Shown in pieces: positions 24,223 to 38,011 of a stretch of DNA of 64,000 bases. Source of the DNA: Nymphaea colorata (Eukaryota). The number at the start of each line of letters is the position of its first letter. The stretch's first letter is position 1. The DNA lies in the NCBI RefSeq assembly GCF_008831285.2, contig NC_045138.2, positions 25,420,001-25,484,000 of the forward strand, read 5' to 3'. The notes below the pieces were generated by a model that was not told where the DNA came from, ran no database searches, and was given only the letters and a program-made list of their open reading frames with translations. The translations under genes and the position numbers were made by a program.

Positions 24223-25803
24223 ATGGAGGGCCCCGGAAAGTTCATCCCCACGAATCCAAGACTGCAGCCGCCGAAGAAGCAGCCGGACTCCTCCCCAGAG
24301 TCGAACTACTGGCGCTCCTTCAAGACCCGACAGCTAACCCTCCCACGCCTCTCATCCAGCGCCGTCTCCTTCGTCCACTTCTCCCCTGCCCCTCCCCACG
24401 ACTTCGTTCTCACCTCCTCCGCCTCCCTCACTCTCTTCTCTTCATCCACCCTCCGCCCCATCTCATCCATCACTGACTTCCCTGACGTTGCCTTCTCCGG
24501 CGCCTTTCGCTTCGACGGCAAGCTCGTCGCTGCTGGTTGTCAGTCCGGCGTCGTCCAGGTTTTCGATGCCACGTCCCGCCTTGCCCTCCGCCGACTTGAG
24601 GGCCACGCCCGTCCCGTCCGATTTGTCCGGTACCCCTTACCTTCCTCCGGCGACAAGCTCCATCTCCTCTCTGCTGGCGATGACGCCCTTGTTAAGTGGT
24701 GGGACGTCTCCACCGGCACGGAAGTCCTCACCTTCACTGGCCATCGGGACTACGTTCGCTCTGGCTCGCCGAGCCCCACGTCCGCCCATCTCTGGGCGAC
24801 GGGATCTTATGACCACACCGTTAGGGTTTGGGACATCCGACGGCCGGAATCATCGGTACTTTCCGTCAACCATGGTGCCCCGGTGGAGGCCGTGCTGTTC
24901 CTCCCGTCCGGGGGATGGATGGCCACTGCTGGAGCGAATTCTGTCAAGATCTGGGACGTTATCAGTGGCGGGAAAATGATCCATTCTATGGAGAACCACA
25001 ACAAGACGGTGACGGCCCTCTCCCTCGGCAAGTTCTCCGGCCAGGACGGCGTGGAGTCGACCCGGATCTTCAGCGTCTCACTTGACGGATACTTGAAGGT
25101 GTTCGATTATTCGAATTTCAAGGTTACTCATACATCGCGCTTCCCTTTTCCCCTCCTGTCGGTCGATTCATCGCCTTCGTCTCTGGTCCGGGCCATCGGA
25201 ACCGCGAATGGCGTCGCCTTCGTTAGCAAGAGGAAGAATATGACAGAAGCCGACGGGGATTCTGCGCCAAGTGGGGCCGAAGGATTGTTGGAAGAGAAGA
25301 AGAGGACTTCGAAGGCTCGAGGATTCAGGTATTTTGAGCGCGGGCAAAACGAGAAGCCGTCTGGAGGTGATTTTATGGTGCAAAGGCCAGAGAAGGTGAA
25401 GTTGGCGGAGCACGATCGATTGCTTAAGAAATTCCGACACAAAGAGGCACTAGTTTCGGTCCTTAGGACAAATGATCCGATGATGGTCGTCGCTGTGATG
25501 GAGGAACTAGTGGCAAGGAATAAGCTTATCAAGTGTTTGACGAATCTGAATTCAGAGGAGGAACTCGGATTGCTTCTGGGGTTTCTGCATCGATTCACCA
25601 CTATGCCGAGATATGCCAGATTCTTGATGGCAGTGGCGAGGAAGATCCTCACACAGCGGGCTAACGACATCGGGAGCTCACCCGCATTGAGGAAGCATCT
25701 GGCAGGCCTCAAGGCCACCGTTGCTGAGGAAATTAAGATACAGAACTCGTTGATGGAGATACAAGGGATGATCTCCCCATTGCTGAGTATTGCTGGAAGA
25801 TAG
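24223..25803 (+). CDS. UTP15: U3 snoRNA-associated protein 15 / SLOW WALKER 1 (WD40 + UTP15_C), intronless, 526 aa
   Basis: N-terminal ESNYWRSF, WD40 repeats (GHRDYVR, TGSYDHTVRVWD, NHGAPVEAVLFLPSGG, NHNKTVT), C-terminal LAEHDRLLKKFRHKEAL..VVAVMEELVAR domain. Confidence 0.95.
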   Translation: MEGPGKFIPTNPRLQPPKKQPDSSPESNYWRSFKTRQLTLPRLSSSAVSFVHFSPAPPHDFVLTSSASLTLFSSSTLRPISSITDFPDVAFSGAFRFDGKLVAAGCQSGVVQVFDATSRLALRRLEGHARPVRFVRYPLPSSGDKLHLLSAGDDALVKWWDVSTGTEVLTFTGHRDYVRSGSPSPTSAHLWATGSYDHTVRVWDIRRPESSVLSVNHGAPVEAVLFLPSGGWMATAGANSVKIWDVISGGKMIHSMENHNKTVTALSLGKFSGQDGVESTRIFSVSLDGYLKVFDYSNFKVTHTSRFPFPLLSVDSSPSSLVRAIGTANGVAFVSKRKNMTEADGDSAPSGAEGLLEEKKRTSKARGFRYFERGQNEKPSGGDFMVQRPEKVKLAEHDRLLKKFRHKEALVSVLRTNDPMMVVAVMEELVARNKLIKCLTNLNSEEELGLLLGFLHRFTTMPRYARFLMAVARKILTQRANDIGSSPALRKHLAGLKATVAEEIKIQNSLMEIQGMISPLLSIAGR

Positions 25804-27379
25804 CTCTATGTACTCACCCTTGACTATGTCGCAATCATGGATTCCTTGGGGGGAACTCAGCTGCAGAATTCATTGACGGACACAACTACTCGGCCATTTT
25901 TCTCTTTTGACATTTCTCTCTTTTATTCACCTTTTGATAATCTATTTTATCTGTGTGTTCATTCTTTTACTTCTGACAATGAAGAGAAGTAGAGAACTGT
26001 TTGGAGGAGAGTTTCCTCTCCTTGAGCTCTGAGAACTGAATGGCTGTCTTGGCCTTTTACTGTACTGTAAGAAAAGGTTTCAAATTTTTGGCGAATTTTG
26101 TCATTAGTGATCTTGTGAAGTGGCTCATCCCTGTCATAAATCAAATTCGAGTCCAAATCCAATTAGAAGGCTAATATTTTAACTCGATCTTGTATCAGAT
26201 GCTCCAAATCTGCTCTATTAGGTTACTAGTGCAATGTCAAACTTTTTCAGTATATAGGTTATAAGATACGGCAAAATGTTCTTAGAGAAAAATTTTTCCC
26301 CAACAAAATTACCAAACTGACGTTCTGGTGAAATGGAGGGATTTGTCTTTGATGTTAAAACAGCAAAACATAGAAAGCCACCACATAGATAATTATACAA
26401 GTGAAAATTTCAGTTTAAAAAAAGATACAACTCATAACTAGATGTACCTGCATAACCATTATAACCCTATTTCATAAAGAAAAGAGGGTGTATATTGGCC
26501 GAGTCATTATGTGGGCAACACCGGTTGGTGCCCTTCAATATTTGTTTATCTTTACGTGGCTGTTTTAAATACTTGTTTTTTGGTTCATGTGAATGCCCCT
26601 TAAAATATGAAAACTTTTGAAAGAAAGAATGTTCTTCTAGCAAATTTTTTTGTTCCGCTACTTAGTATCATATTACTATATGATACTAATATCATATTGC
26701 TATTTATTGTATGATGCCCTTTGGCTGAAATTCATGTCTTAATTTAGAGTGAAACAAGTTATATGAATATGATACGTTAAAAAACTCGAGAGTCAACATA
26801 AAAGGTAGATTCTTTTAATGTGCAAATCATACAAGAACTTCAACAAAATGAACCAGCACCTTTGTCTTCTGAAACCATACTTGGACAACCAAAAAGAAAA
26901 AAGTTACTTGATATTTCTTTTTTTTTTAAGTTTCAAAGATAAATATCAAACTTATATAAGAAATTTCCTGAAAATTGACTTGAGAAAATAAAGTGTAACA
27001 ATGGAGTTTCGAAGCAAAATCACAATAAATGGTAAACATTTAGAAAAAAAAAAGTTACTTTGTTTATTCTTGATATTCTAATTTCTGTGCTGAAGTAGGC
27101 CGGCAGTCGCTAGGGGTCACAGACGGTTTTTTTCAGAGGTTTTTGAGATGGTCGGTAGTGCAGTGACAGAAGAGTAAATGTAGCCTTCACGTAGTAATTA
27201 GTTCCATAATGCAGGGCTTGTTATGCAAGAAGAACGAATAAGAAATGTCGAAGGAAGTTCCCGCCGTGTTTCTTCCTCGTTCTCGCTCTCTTTCTTGTTC
27301 TCCGGAATAGAAGGAAAGCAGGAGGCCACAACGCCCAGAAAATCCATTAATTGTTTATCGGCAGAGATTTTACACGGCA

Positions 27380-30300
27380 ATGAAAGGACGCTGCAGAAAA
27401 TCGGGCAAAGGTTGGTTGGTAATTGCATTGTTGTATTATTTTCCTCTTCTGGTTCATTTCCTTTTATTCCAATTGTCCTCCATTATACATTTCATTGGAT
27501 GGATGCTGCTGCATCTTTCTCAGGCCGGAAACAGGCAAAGCCGTCAGAATCTGATGACGAGGATTATAACCCAGATACCGACCTTGCGAATACCTCTAGA
27601 AGTAGAGGCGACAGTGAAGAAGGTAGAGGATTATCAGTTTCTTATTTTTGTCTCTTGATTCTTTTTCTATCCTTCTTTTCTTGGGCATTGTCATTTTCTG
27701 TTGGGATTTTGTAATTGAGATAGTATGTGGATCGGAGTTGTTTTTGCTGCATATTCTTTGTCTGCCTTCGTCGCTTTGTTGGGGTTTGATTTCCGGGATG
27801 GTTTTGGAGTGTATTTCTTTTTCCCAAACGACTCCTCCTGTGGGTGAGATCTGTTTCTCATGTTTTATCGTCGATTTGGCACGTACTTCTTGTAAAAACT
27901 GATCTCCACTCCTTTGGAGTTTCTTGTTGAATTACGATGTCATAAAATTCATTTCTGATTTTGTTTTACTTATTCTTCTCGGGCATGTATAACTTTGTTA
28001 GTTGTTTTTTCCTGATGATGGTGACTACAATGAGGAGCTAACACGCCTAATGCTTGGTCTGCCAGACAATGACGAGGCTCAACCGTATAAAAGACAGAAG
28101 ATTACGAATGAGAAGGGAGAGAAGAAGAAGAAGCGGGCTAAAAAGTCTCAGAAGGTTTTGTTGGGCTGGCAGGTAATCGAAAGGGAATTGGAGGAGTCTT
28201 TGGTTGGAATTCAGGATGTCTGTGAGTTGGATCCTTCTCTCCGGGATGATGGCATTCCTGAAATAATGGAAACACCCGTTCAGTTGGTTATGCCCCTGTT
28301 GAGGTTTCAGCAAGAATGGCTGGCTTGGGCTGTGAAGCAGGAACAATCGGAGTTGAGGGGTGGCATTCTTGCCGATGAGATGGGTATGGGGAAAACCGTA
28401 CAAGCAATTTCACTAGTTCTTGCTTCTCGGAACAAATCATTGTCGTCAACCTCAGAGATGCCCACAACCAAATGCACTCTAGTGATTTGCCCTGTTGTTG
28501 CTGCCATCCAGTGGATAAATGAAATTGGTAGGTTTACTGTTCCAGGAAGCACCAAAGTGTTGCTCTATCACGGTCCCAACAGAACAAAAAATATCAATGG
28601 TTTCTTGAATTATGACTTTGTGGTGACCACATATGCGATTGTGGAATCTGAATACCGTAAAAATATGATGCCTGCTAAGGAGAAGTGCATATGGTGCGGA
28701 AAGATGTTCTATCATCATCGAATGGGTATCCACTTAAAGTACTTTTGTGGGCCTAATGCTCAGAAGACAAGAAAGCAAGCAAAGCAAGAAAAGAAGAGGA
28801 AACAGAACATAAGTCAGTCCAAAGCTAATAAAGCTAGCCAGCGCACGTTGAAGTTGGCACAAGGGAGAGCTTCTACATCTGAATCCAGTGAAGTTCACGT
28901 GGATGAAGGGCCATCAGATAGAGGCAATTCACACGGAGGAAAACCATCTTTGCATTCTATTAAATGGGAGCGCATTATCTTGGATGAGGCAGATTTTCTT
29001 TCTTCATCTCTATTAATTTTTTCTTTCTCTCACAATTTAATCAACAAACTGCAAAATGTTATTGTTTTTCTCTGATTGTTTAGAGTTCAGATACTGGTTC
29101 AACTTCCTCCAAGATGTTAGTGTCACTTATCCTTTTGATCTGGCTGTAGTTTGTGCTTTGTTAGTGTTTTTTTTAAGCCTTAGGCGATAGACTATAGTTT
29201 CCTTCATCTAGTTTCTTATTTTCATTAAAAGAAGATTTCAAAAGTTCTTTAGATGCGTAAGGTTTTCCTAGATAAATATATGTGTTTCTAGTTGTCATCC
29301 TTACACAGTGTAATCAGGAGGATATCCTTTCCTTGTAAACTTAACTTGGAAGTTGACTGGGTTTAAGAAACATTAGATATTCCACTTTGTTGAGGGTTCA
29401 CATTACAGTGTTCCGATTGGATAAGTGCTTTCATAAATCCTCCAGTGCTTCTCTCTATATTGTTGCTTTAAGGTAGCATCTTTATTACTTTATATAGATG
29501 TTTGGAGTATCATAGCCTTTGACTAGTGATTTCTGCTCATGTATTAGGAATATCAGTCTTATTTTTCCTCCAGGAAATGTAGAGGAAGATTGAGAAATAA
29601 AATTTCAGCAATCCGTTGCGACTTTGTTGACAATTTCGGTTGCCTCATAATTCACGATATTATTATCTTTCTTTCCCAGGTCCATGCGGTTTATTTGTGA
29701 ACTTAATCGAGTCGAGTTGACTGAAAAATTTGTATTTGTATCCATGTGTCTAAGTGTTAATGTGCATTATTCAACTAATAGTACTTTACTTTTTAGGCAC
29801 ATTATATCAAAGATAGGTGCTGCAGCACTGCAAAGGCTGTTTTTGCATTAGAATCTTCATACAGATGGGCTCTGAGTGGAACTCCTCTTCAAAATCGTGT
29901 TGGGGAGCTTTATTCTCTGGTAAGAGTTGATAACTCAAAAGCTTTCCTATCGTTATATTTTGCTAATACTTCAACATTTTAAATCTTTGATTTTTTTTTC
30001 TCTGGGAGGTACGATATCTTCAGGTATACCCGTATTCATATTACTTTTGTAAGGACTGTGACTGCAAAATACTTGATTACAGGTCAGGATTTTCATCAAC
30101 TTACTTTCTGTGTTTTTTTCTTGGACAAAAGGGCATCAAAGGCTCTAAGGGACTGAAATAATCTTATATCATGAAATATTGTGATACATAAGCAATAGAA
30201 AATTAAAAAATTGATTGTGCCAAATGGCATAGTTCTTTCTCTCTTATTTTTTTGTATGATTCTATGGATCTATAGAGTTTTTTGTGTATAAGGGGCATTT

Positions 30301-30782
30301 TTGTTATTTTTCTTTTTGCTGTCTTGGTGTTGGCATGTGCTTCTGGGCATAGTTGGTGGTTTCTTTCTTTTGTACACAGTTCCTCAGTATATGGTGATAG
30401 TCATTCATATTTGTATGTGTGAAGGGTAATTTATCAATTTCTGCTCTTGTAACCTCAAGAGAAAGGGTTGACCTATATATCCATGTCAAAGTTTCATAAC
30501 ACATTTTTCAGTTAGCCCTAGAACCTAGTATGCTCCTCTATTTTACCAATTTGGGGTAGAGGATGAATTATTACGAACATACTGCATGTATATTTCTTCC
30601 TATTCTACAACATAAAAGATGTGTATATTTTCAGTGTCTCTTCTATGTTACTAGCATGGTTTACAAGCATTTAAATTGTTAAATTATTCTTGATTTTCTT
30701 TCTTAAACTTATTCTCAACTTAAGCCTGAAGTTACCCTGAGCTTCAGGAGTCATGAATATATTGTTCATAATGGCTAGAAAA

Positions 30783-30824
<42 letters not shown>

Positions 30825-33800
30825 CTTCCATTAGCGTGAAATTGTCAAGTGTTGTTGGATTTGGTCTGACATGCGAGTATAGGTATATACACTTCTTTGT
30901 TCCTCTTATGGCTGCCTTGTTAATTGTTATTTGTGGTTTTAGATTTGAAACTGCCGGTGACAATTGCCCAACATGCAACCACACAGGTCGAAAACATTTT
31001 TGTTGGTGGAACAAAGTGAGTGGTGCTTTGTGTTTCTTGACCTTCAATTATGTGTACTTCTAAGTTTCTAACACATACAACTTTTTTCTCAACTAGTATG
31101 TGTCAAGACCTATACAACGCTGGGGATACAAGAAGGATGGTAAGAAAGCTATGGTCTTATTAAAGCACAAAGTTCTAAAAAACTTGGTGCTTAGACGAAC
31201 CAAGAAAGGGAGGTCTGCTGATCTTGTTCTGCCACCAAGGACGGTGTGTTTGCTACATTAAATAGTTTGATTTGCTAAATATCAGTTGTAATATATGAAT
31301 GTGAAATTGTTTGGAACCTTAAAGGCCAGGATAGGATATAACTGATCATTTTTCTTTTGTGTCTGACTTACCAATGATGAGTCATTCTGGCCCTGATAGA
31401 ATGGGCCTATTGATTCTGGATGAGTTGGTACAGGATTAATCCTATTGAGAGGCTTGCAAATGGGTCATATCTGGTTTGAGGATTTTGCCTTTTCTATTGT
31501 ACCATATCTGATTCTGGCTTAACATCTAATGCATTTAAACCATTTTCTAGCTGACCCAATTTCAACCCTAAATTTAGACCCTATAGGAGCCCACCTGTTT
31601 GAGGCTTTAGTATTATGATCTTTTAACATCTGTATGATACTGCTTATGGACAGAAGTGGGTTGTTGAGCTGTTAGTTGATGATGCATTATGCACATTCTG
31701 ATATTTTCTAAGATTCCATGTGTTGGACTGTTTCTTTTACTAGGTTGTTTTGAGGCGGGATTATATGGATAACGTGGAGGAGGATTTCTATGAAGCTTTG
31801 TATACCCAAAGCCAGTCACAGTTCAGCAGGTGAGTTGCAAGTTATTTCATTGTTATAATGCTGCCTATAGCTATCAACATATTGAAAATTTTCTTGTCTT
31901 GAAGTATGAAGTGCAGATGACTCAAATGTATATACATATACATATATTATGTGTACGTGCATGGACAGACACAGATATATGGATGTTTATTTTAGAGTGT
32001 GTTGCATAAAGCAAAGCGAATTCAGGTATACCAAGGCTGGGTTTTGGTCTACCTTTTGGGATCGGCTTAGTATTGAGTTTGTATGAAGCTTTGGTGGAAG
32101 AAAGTGATACATTCTAATCTATGAATATGTGAATATGGCTGATCAAATTTTGGTCAAATCAAGATTAGGAGGGAATGTGATCACAAACTACCTGTCTGCT
32201 TGTGTCAATGTGGGTCAAATTTAAAGATAGTTTCTGGATACTGACAAGGTGAAGGGAAAGATATGGTTGTGTTAAGAAATAGGGTATATGTATGCATATA
32301 TTACTTATGTTTATATATGAACAATACATTTATGGATATAGGTGAATATATGTGTTAATAATGTGTTATTGATAGGATATCTTAGTTAGGTTTTACGTTT
32401 TATTTTATTTTTATTTTTTTCTTTCTTCTTTTGTTCTAGCTGTTGGCTAGTCCCAACGACTCTTTTATGAGCCGTTGGAACTAGCCCAACAGCTAGTTAA
32501 GTCCATTCTTCCCTCTCTTCTCTTGTATAAATATGTAAACTATTCCTTGTACAAAGTGAGCTGTGATGTACAACAATTCTTTATTCATTTGAATAAAGAT
32601 TATATTTTTTAATTGGCCTTAGTGCCTATTTCTGCTGTATGTTCATTTAGTGACTGTTGCAGTCACATTTTTAGGTTGGGCATAGCAGAGTGTGCATGGC
32701 CTAAAATAAAATGTGATGGCTTCTCAGGGGTTTTTTGGTTGGGGGTGGGGGGGGGGGGGGGTGGGCAGGTGGTTAATGATCAATCACCTGCCTTGGGTGT
32801 GATAATTGAAAAAGAAAGTAGGTGAGATATCCTCAAGGAGATATTAGCTGGGAAAATTGGAATTCACTAGATGTTGTGATCCTCTAATTTGTGAAAATCA
32901 GAAGTTGGATACACGTTCTTCAAGACCCTAAGATGACTAAATGGAAGTAGTTGGTCCAACTTGGCCAATAGATTGGCTATAAATTAATAAATAATATGTT
33001 TTTATGTGGAAATAAATACGGAAAAATATACAAGTATACAGAGAATCTACATGCATTTTATAGGTCAGAGGTTAGTCGGCTGGCTAATTGACTAGTCTGA
33101 CTAACTTGTCACTAGTTTCAAACACAGGTCGATCAATGACCGACTCAACTGACTGGTCTGGATTCCAGGTTTTATCCTGCTAAGGTTATCCTTAATGATT
33201 ACATTAAGAAAATTACTGTATCATTATGAGGACATTAATATTAAGCATTGCCCTACACATTTTTGAACTGAAAAGCCTAGCCAACAGACAAGAGGCTGAT
33301 GGTCATCCAGTCTATTATTCCTTTTCATCCATTTTCCTTTTTGCATTCTATAATTTTTTATAATTATTCTTGATATCTGTGACCCAATTTCAGTTTTAGA
33401 TTTTTAGAATCTTTTGATTTGTTTTCTGGTGCTTTGTGAATGCCTTGTATGAAGGACTTATGATTCATTTTAACTGTTGTTTTTTTTTTTTTTTTACTTT
33501 GGTTTGCAGATATGTTGCAAAAGGAACTGTTATGAACAATTATGCTCATATCTTTGACCTACTTGTACGATTGCGACAGGTAATGCATGAAAACAAGTGA
33601 GAGAATAAGCACAAGACCTATGTCACATAGGTACGGGTACGGGTGCGGGTACAAACCATTTTTAAAAAACTTGGGTGCGGAGGTACGGCCGTACACTCAC
33701 ATGCACATATACATATATATGTCAAAAAATTTCAAACAGAATAACATATTCGCACATATATATATATCAAAAAATTACAAACAGAATAACATATTCAAAA

Positions 33801-36255
33801 ATTACAACAAGACTGATTGATTCTCATTCTCCTCAGTCGCATAATTAACATACAAAATACATCAACTTTTTTGTTTCTCATTCTCTTCAGTTGCATCATC
33901 AAGATTAGAAGGAACAACAGGTTCTGTAAGGTCCATATTAAGAGCATGCAAATCATGTTCTCCTTCAAGTTCCACGTCAATGTTCTCTGGATTAACATCC
34001 CAGTATTTGGATGATCCTGAATTGCAAGTTGCAACAAAATCAAAATATGATTTAAGTTAATATTAACTTTAAACAAGCAACATAATATACATATGTATAC
34101 ATATCAAAGATACAAAAAGAAAGAAATACCTGTAATCATCTGAAGTACGTGAAAGTAAGCGTAGGTTGGAGTGCACATAAACTAAATCTTCTGCTCGCTT
34201 ACTAGTTAGCTTATTTCTATTGATGTTGTGAATTTGAGAATAAGTGCTCCAATTTCTTTCACAACATGAAGAGGTTGCAGGTTGAGATAATAACTTCAAC
34301 GCAAGTTGTTGGAGATTTGGTGTTGATGCTCCAAAACATAACCACCAATAAACAGGATCTTCTTCATCTCTTGCCATTGCAGATTGTACTAAATCATTTC
34401 TTCCACCAGAGAAGCTCGCAAACTCATTATTTATTATCTTCAACCAATGAGAATCAGAATATAGACTTCCCAAACATGTCTCCATATTTTTTGATATTTC
34501 GGGATCTCGATTAGGAGGAACACAACCAGTACCTCCTGCCAACCATGTTTGTCCATAATATTTGGGATTTAAGGAGTGTGCCATACAATGCAAAGGGTTT
34601 TTGAGCATTTGAACGTTAGATGATGTTTAAATCGTTAAAAACTTAAAATAAAAAACTGGACAACTTTAGACTTGGTCAAAGTTGACCGAGTTAGAAAATG
34701 GACGAAATTGATCCCGGGTATGTTGACCGTACCTGGTGCCGCGTTGACCGCACCACTGCCGTACCCAGGCTCATACCGGTACCCGTACCGCATTGACCAC
34801 ACCACTACAAGGGTGACTGCTTCTAGGCAAGCCTTTCTGGCTGTCTCTGCATCATGAAGATTCTCCCTTTTCTTACATGCAATACATGATTATTGGCATA
34901 TCAAGTAACTAATTAATCTTGTGCCCTGAATGTGACTGGGTATAAATGTTCTTTTGGCACTTCAGGCAGTTAATCATCCTTATCTGGTGGTCTGTTCATC
35001 AACAAGTGATCAATATGAAAAAGGTGATTCACAAGTTTTTTGTGGCTTATGCGGGCTTGCATCAGATGACGTTGTGGTGAGATCACTAGTGCATAGTTTC
35101 TTTGTAAATTTGTATTAATTATAAAAACTTTTTTGGAAGTGGAAATTTTGTTGAGCTTATTAGTTGCAGTTGTTTCACTTTTTCTTTTTGTTTGAGTTTG
35201 TATTGATTAGGCTCTTTATTCTTTAGCTAGTTATCTTCTCATTCTTCTTGTTTCCAGGTTACTTCTTGTCAGCATGTATTTTGCCGAGAATGCTTGCTGA
35301 ACTTTTCCAAAGAGCAGGATCAGTGTATCTGTCCACATGCAAGTTGTACAAAGCTTCTCACTCTTGACTTTAACAAAGGCAGACAGGATGTTAGCAAGTC
35401 CTGCAAGCGTTTGAGCATATTGAGTCGTATTTGCCTTGATGAGTTTAAAACAAGTACAAAAATTGATGCATTGGTATGTAAAACACTTGAATTCATTTTA
35501 GCTATTTGGAGAAAACTCTGGATATTATTCCTCACAATATGGTCACTTGATTGGATTGTCTTGAAGTAGGGCAGTCAATTGATATAAACATCTACATCCT
35601 GAACAGTTTTGACTCTTGAGCATTGACTCAGTATACAAAGTGCTTCATGCTGATTTTCTAAATTAGTTTGGGTGGTATCTGGTAAAGTCACAATTGTAAT
35701 CTCATTTACCCATTTAGGGCAGGTGGACCATACTGGTAATTGTATTGCTTAAAAGCTAAATATATGGGACATTAAAAGTCAAAACAGTTTAGGAGCTACT
35801 AATCTTTTCATATTTCTTTTTTTTTCTTTTTTGTTGTTAACAGTTTCATCTAAATAATTTGCTCAGAGGAAAGCAGATTTTGAGTCATGTAATTGAAACT
35901 GGTAGGCTTTTTTGTACATCAAGGATCAGTCATCAAGTTTGAACAAAGTCTTGAAGGCTCATAAGTCATAAACTCATGCCTTTTTTTTTAAAAAAAAAAA
36001 AATACTAGGTCGAGCACATCTCTATTCAGGTTCAGTTTTATATGGCCTTCACCTAATTATTTCCATGCACTGTCTGAATCCATTCTTGATAGCTTATACA
36101 CCATATTCACCTACGCATCAATTTATAAATCTGAATTTGGAATTTATCTTTGTTTAAGCAATCAAAACACTTGGAGATTTGTATTTGCTTTATGCCTTCA
36201 GAACTATGTCACATGAGTGTGGGGTGCTGGTGTCGGTGTGGCGATGATGTATATA

Positions 36256-36288
<33 letters not shown>

Positions 36289-38011
36289 ATATTGTGTATA
36301 TGTGTATATACATTATTTGTTACATAGCTTTGAACTGTCTAATATCCTTATTTATCTATATTTACATATATACTTTTTGTATTAGAGATAGTTTAGTTAT
36401 GTGCACATTAGAATGGTCAGTTTTGGCCCTTTTCTATCAGCCTAACCGGATGTGCTGTGTAGGAGAAGAACCAGCACCAGCGTTGACATAGGTGCAGCAG
36501 CTATTTATAGGCACCTATGTGACATAGCTTTGGAAAATAACTTCATTACCATTAATTACCTAGAATATCAATTTAAAAAAAATACTTAAACTATGACACA
36601 AGAGATGATATAATAAGAGATTCATAATCATTGCCATTTTTCTGGAAACGGTTTAGTCATCAATTGGTATAGTGCTAGATGTATGGGGGTTTTATGAATT
36701 CAATTAGTTTATCTGACCTGAATTTCTGGAACCTTTTCCCCTTTTAACAAGTTCCTTGTTGGATTGTATATCTTGTTTACATAAATATGGTGCTATACTG
36801 TAGAAAGAAGAAATCAGGTTCATGGTTGAGAAGGATAGTGCTGCAAAAGCGATTGTCTTCAGCCAGTTCACTTCGTTCTTGGAATTGATACAGTTTTCAC
36901 TCCACAAGGTAAATGTTGGAATGTCCAAGAGAGGTTCTCTTTAAGGGTGAGCCAAGATTGAAATCAACTTTTGTTATAAATTTGCAGTCTGGTGTGAAAT
37001 GTGTGCTTCTAGTTGGATCAATGTCCATCAACGCTAGAGATGATGCAATCAGGACGTTTACCGATGACCCAGAATGCAGGGTGTTTCTTATGAGCTTGAA
37101 AGCTGGGGGAGTAGCTCTAAATCTCACAGTGGCTTCTAATGTATGGTTATCTTTATAATGCTCAAATAATAAAAGACAATGTTGCTGCTGCTACCTGTTA
37201 TTTACTCTTTTTGCTGTTCTTCATCCAGGCTGTTGTAATGGTGTAGCTGTTCACAAATATGTATGCTATTGCTAATCATAAAATGTCCTCTATTAGTCTA
37301 TCTTATTGGCTTGTTTCTTAAGTGTTTGTCCCATCAGGAAACCTACAAAAAGTAATCTGCCTTTAAAACAGATTATTTGATGACCCCTTCATGCCCAAGC
37401 TTTCATGCATTCTTCCAGCATGTCCATCACTCACACTTTAGTTCACATGGCCTGATAAACACACTAATAACCTGTTGAGTGCTTAGTGCTCTCCGTGAGT
37501 GAGAATGTTGAACATCATGCTTGGTTGAGATAAATAGTTGTACGTTACCTTTGATAGTCTCTGCATTGACATTTGATATAGGTCTTCTTAATGGACCCTT
37601 GGTGGAACCCAGCTGTTGAGCAGCAGGCACAGGATCGAATACATCGAATTGGGCAATACAAGCCAATTAGGTGAGTTTAAACTTTAAAATTTTAAATGTA
37701 TAACAGTATATGTGAAACTGTGGAGTTTTGTACTCGCATTCACAGAAACCTATGTAATTAGCATTTGGTTTTGAGTTTTAGAGTGGTAAGATTTGTAATT
37801 GCGAATACAATTGAGGAGAGGATTCTGAAGTTACAAGAGAAGAAGAAATTAGTGTTCGAAGGGTAAGTTGAAATTGCAGTTCCGGAATTTGGAACTACTA
37901 GTGCAACCTATGCTGATGATTGTGAATTTGATACACAGGACCGTTGGTGGTTCGTCAGAGGTACTGGCAAGACTAACAGTGGGGGACCTTTACTTCCTCT
38001 TCCAAGTCTGA
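27380..38011 (+). CDS. RAD16: RAD16/rhp16-like SNF2-family ATP-dependent helicase with C3HC4 RING
   Basis: Confident exons 28002-28988, 29797-29919, 30009-30082, 30943-31015, 31097-31243, 31744-31829, 33510-33579, 34966-35076, 35258-35473, 36804-36908, 36988-37140, 37582-37670, 37782-37862, 37939-38011. Motifs [77 protein letters not shown]. The 5' exons (ATG 27380 or 27499) are uncertain: I could not close the phase into 28002. Confidence 0.92.
33618..34795 (-). mobile_element. Internally deleted hAT transposon in a RAD16 intron, retaining the transposase C-terminus
   Basis: ORF 34069-34608 [70 protein letters not shown] matches the hAT C-terminal dimerisation domain. TIR ctatgtcacataggt at 33618. 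GTACGG/CCGTAC subterminal repeats at both ends. Confidence 0.88.
36204..36527. mobile_element. Non-autonomous hAT MITE in a RAD16 intron
   Basis: TIRs ctatgtcacatgagtg / cacctatgtgacatag. Flanking 8-mers cttcagaa / ctttggaa (6/8, degenerate TSD). Confidence 0.75.

Noticed and set aside
24306..25718. Antisense and alternate-frame ORFs over UTP15
   Set aside because: By-products of GC-rich coding sequence with no recognisable domains.
27164..27180. tgacagaagag resembling the miR156 5' end (also tgacagaag at 5882 and 10112)
   Set aside because: The match stops after 9-11 nt, and there is no star arm or precursor hairpin.
32741..32765. Poly-G run, potential G-quadruplex in a RAD16 intron
   Set aside because: A homopolymer of unreliable length with no supporting context.
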